NCBI GenBank assembly: GCA_009836625.1 | Contig: VXVC01000009.1 | Coordinates: forward strand, 29,723-93,722 | Direction: 5' to 3' | DNA length: 64,000 bases | DNA from: Holophagales bacterium | GTDB lineage: Bacteria > Acidobacteriota > Thermoanaerobaculia > Multivoradales > Multivoraceae | Shown: positions 61,761 through 64,000 of the stretch, one piece after another | Position numbering within the stretch: position 1 is the first letter of the stretch | How the letters are laid out: each line of letters starts with the position of its first letter | Notes under the pieces: generated by a model | What the model was told of the DNA's origin: nothing | Database searches by the model: none | What the model saw: the letters and a program-made list of their open reading frames with translations, nothing else | Made by a program: the position numbers and the translations under genes

Positions 61761-63557
61761 TTACCGTTTCAGTCCTTGGAGACCCTGTCCGATCTGGTGC
61801 GGATCGTCGCGGAACGCTACGGCGAACGTGAGGACCTGCTGTCCATCCGGCGCCATCGCCGGACGGATTCGCTGTCCGCCCGCGAGTGCGTCGACGCCGT
61901 CTGCCGGACCGCGAAGGCGCTCGAGTCGCGCGGGGTGGCCAAGGGCGACCGCGTAGCGCTGTTCGCGACCAACCGGCCGGAGTGGCACATCGTCGACTTC
62001 GCCTGCCACCTGGTGGGCGCCGTGTCCGTGCCCATCTATCCGACCCTCAACGCGCCCCAGGTCGCCTACATCCTGCTCGACAGCGGCGCCGGCTGGGTCT
62101 TCTACGACAACAAGGCGAAGCGGGACCTGCTCTCCGGCATCGTTCCGCACGGCGCCGGCGAGGACGACGGAGACGGCAACGAGCAGCGGGGGCTGCGGAT
62201 GGTGGCGCTGGACGCCGACGCAGCCGTCGAGGGCGGCACCGATCTCGAAGCCCTGATCGCCGGCGCGCCGCCGTCCACCGACGCCGACCTCGCGGCCTTC
62301 AGCGGGCGGGTCGGCCAGGACGACACGGCGAGCATCATCTACACCTCCGGCACCACCGGCGACCCCAAGGGCGTTGTCCTCTCGCACCGGAACTTCGTCT
62401 CGAACATCCTCGCCTGCCAGGAGCTCTACCCTCTGGGAGAGGAGGACCAGGCGCTCTCCTTCCTGCCGCTCTCCCACGTCTTCGAGCGCACGGTCGACTA
62501 CCTCTTCTTCTACCGCGGGGTGTCGATCCACTACTCCCCCGCGATCGAGCGGGTCGCCGGCCTGATGCCGGACGTGCGGCCCACCGTCCTGTGTTCGGTG
62601 CCCAGGCTCTACGAGAGCGCCTACCTGCGCATCCAGAACCTGTTCGCGAGCCAGCCGCCGGCCCGCCGCCGGCTGATCGGCTGGGCGCTGAAGGTCGGCA
62701 AGCGGCGGGCGGAGCGGGGCGGAGCGGCGCTCCAGGGCCTGATCGCCGACCGCCTGGTGTTCCGCAAGATCAAGCAGCGCTTCGGAGGCCGCCTGCGGTT
62801 CGCGATCTCCGGCGGCGCCGCGATCGCCAACGAAGTCGCCGAGTTCTTCGACGCGATCGGCATTCGCCTCTACCAGGGCTATGGACTGACCGAGACTGCG
62901 CCGGTTCTGGCCGTGGAGTACCCCGGCGCTTCCCGCCGCGGTTCGGTCGGCAAGGCTGCTCCCGGGGTCGAGCTGCGCATCGCGGACGATGGCGAGATCC
63001 TCGCCCGCACCGAGGGCCTGATGCAGGGCTACTGGAAGAAGCCCCAGGACACCGCCGAGGCGATCGACCTGGACGGCTGGTTCCACACCGGCGACATCGG
63101 CCGCCTGGACGACGACGGCTACCTCTACATCACGGACCGCAAGAAGGACCTGCTGGTGACGAGCGGCGGCAAGAACGTCGCGCCCCAGCCGATCGAGCAG
63201 ATGCTGATCACGCACCCCGCGATCGCGCAGGTGGTCGTGGTCGGGGACGGCTACCCCTACCTCAACGCCCTGATCGTGCCTAACTACGCGGAGCCGCCGG
63301 CGCCGTTCACCGGCATGGACCCCTCGGAGCTCCGGCAGGACCCGCGTCTCCAGGAGCTCGTCCAGGGCGTGCTCGACCGCGCGAACGAGCGGCTGCCGGC
63401 CCACGAGCGCGTGCGCCGTTTCCGGCTGCTCGAGCGCGAACTGACGCTCGAGGAGGGCGAGATCACACCCACGCTGAAGGTGCGCAGGAAGATCGTCAAC
63501 GAGCGCTACCGGGACGTGATCGCCTCGATGTACCTCAAGAGCCAGCGAGTCAGTTGA
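61758..63557 (+). CDS. fadD: Long-chain fatty-acid-CoA ligase
   Basis: IIYTSGTTGDPKG, SFLPLSHVFER, QGYGLTE, WFHTGDIG and ITDRKKDL motifs. Start set at GTG 61758. Confidence 0.9.
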   Translation: MLPFQSLETLSDLVRIVAERYGEREDLLSIRRHRRTDSLSARECVDAVCRTAKALESRGVAKGDRVALFATNRPEWHIVDFACHLVGAVSVPIYPTLNAPQVAYILLDSGAGWVFYDNKAKRDLLSGIVPHGAGEDDGDGNEQRGLRMVALDADAAVEGGTDLEALIAGAPPSTDADLAAFSGRVGQDDTASIIYTSGTTGDPKGVVLSHRNFVSNILACQELYPLGEEDQALSFLPLSHVFERTVDYLFFYRGVSIHYSPAIERVAGLMPDVRPTVLCSVPRLYESAYLRIQNLFASQPPARRRLIGWALKVGKRRAERGGAALQGLIADRLVFRKIKQRFGGRLRFAISGGAAIANEVAEFFDAIGIRLYQGYGLTETAPVLAVEYPGASRRGSVGKAAPGVELRIADDGEILARTEGLMQGYWKKPQDTAEAIDLDGWFHTGDIGRLDDDGYLYITDRKKDLLVTSGGKNVAPQPIEQMLITHPAIAQVVVVGDGYPYLNALIVPNYAEPPAPFTGMDPSELRQDPRLQELVQGVLDRANERLPAHERVRRFRLLERELTLEEGEITPTLKVRRKIVNERYRDVIASMYLKSQRVS

Positions 63558-63864
63558 CGCGGCCGGACACGTCCGTCGGGTCGGGCGCCTCCTCGATCAC
63601 GCCGTGGACCTCTTCATAGCGCCGCAGGTTCGTGCCCAGGGCCCGGATGATCCGCTTGAGATGCCCGGGGCTGGTCACGATCCGGGCGCTGACGATGCCC
63701 TGAGGCGGAACCACGTTGATGAAGTCGAGGATGAACTCCTCGCGGGTGTGGGTGATGCGCAGCAGGTTGGAGTAGGCACCCTTGAGTTCGGCGTCGCCGA
63801 TCTTGACGTTGATCGACGAGGACGGATCCTGGTCGCCCGGTACTTCCTTGGGTTGGTCGCTCAT
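63550..63864 (-). CDS. DUF3467-family protein
   Basis: GAYSNLLRITHTREEFILDF...ARIVTSPGHLKRI..AL..NL..YE..HG.I. Start set at ATG 63864. Confidence 0.85.
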   Translation of the reverse strand: MSDQPKEVPGDQDPSSSINVKIGDAELKGAYSNLLRITHTREEFILDFINVVPPQGIVSARIVTSPGHLKRIIRALGTNLRRYEEVHGVIEEAPDPTDVSGRVN

Positions 63865-63998
63865 TCGATTCTCCGTTGGTCTTCGGCCTGGCGGCCGGGC
63901 GAGAGCCAGTCGATGTCGGTCCGCGCGCCCATCGTCTCCACCTGCCACTCATGGTCGGGCAGGTAGAGGCCGATGCTCCTGAGCTGTGTGCTCTCCGC
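63861..63998 (-). CDS. C-terminal end of an unidentified gene entering from beyond the window
   Basis: Open frame AESTQLRSIGLYLPDHEWQVET...RRIE*, whose TGA overlaps the DUF3467 ATG (ATGA coupling). Confidence 0.45.
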   Translation of the reverse strand, partial: AESTQLRSIGLYLPDHEWQVETMGARTDIDWLSPGRQAEDQRRIE

Positions 63999-64000
63999 CA

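Overview
GC-rich (about 70% by eye) bacterial chromosome segment. The gene set and the surface-protein domains suggest Acidobacteriota, probably class Thermoanaerobaculia and possibly a sponge symbiont; this is inference only. Housekeeping blocks are kdsB-pyrG-kdsA-kdsD-kdsC, purH-lolA, aat/ychF, purA, tkt, a complete Rrf2-sufBCDSU-sufT operon, acs, pckA, rpsU-mutS2-dnaG-rpoD, yggS, fadD and four tRNAs (Phe, Lys, Asn, CAT-anticodon). Accessory genes lie between them. These include secreted proteins (a plant-type LRR protein and an M12-like protease with FN3 repeats that share a duplicated Cys-capped C-terminal domain, and a dockerin-bearing SGNH hydrolase), a probable surface-glycan modification cluster, two AAA/DUF4143-like paralogs and REP-like hairpin repeats. 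The strongest unexplained signal is a roughly 611-nt ORF-poor, highly structured element at 14165-14775, just downstream of tRNA-Phe. It has a consensus sigma70 promoter, a 12-bp helix joining its two ends, many GNRA/UNCG-capped helices and a 3' T-tract, so it is a candidate large ornate noncoding RNA. Many genes also appear to be leaderless. No CRISPR array, integrase or transposase was seen. Gene calls come from motif recognition by eye; no database searches were run.
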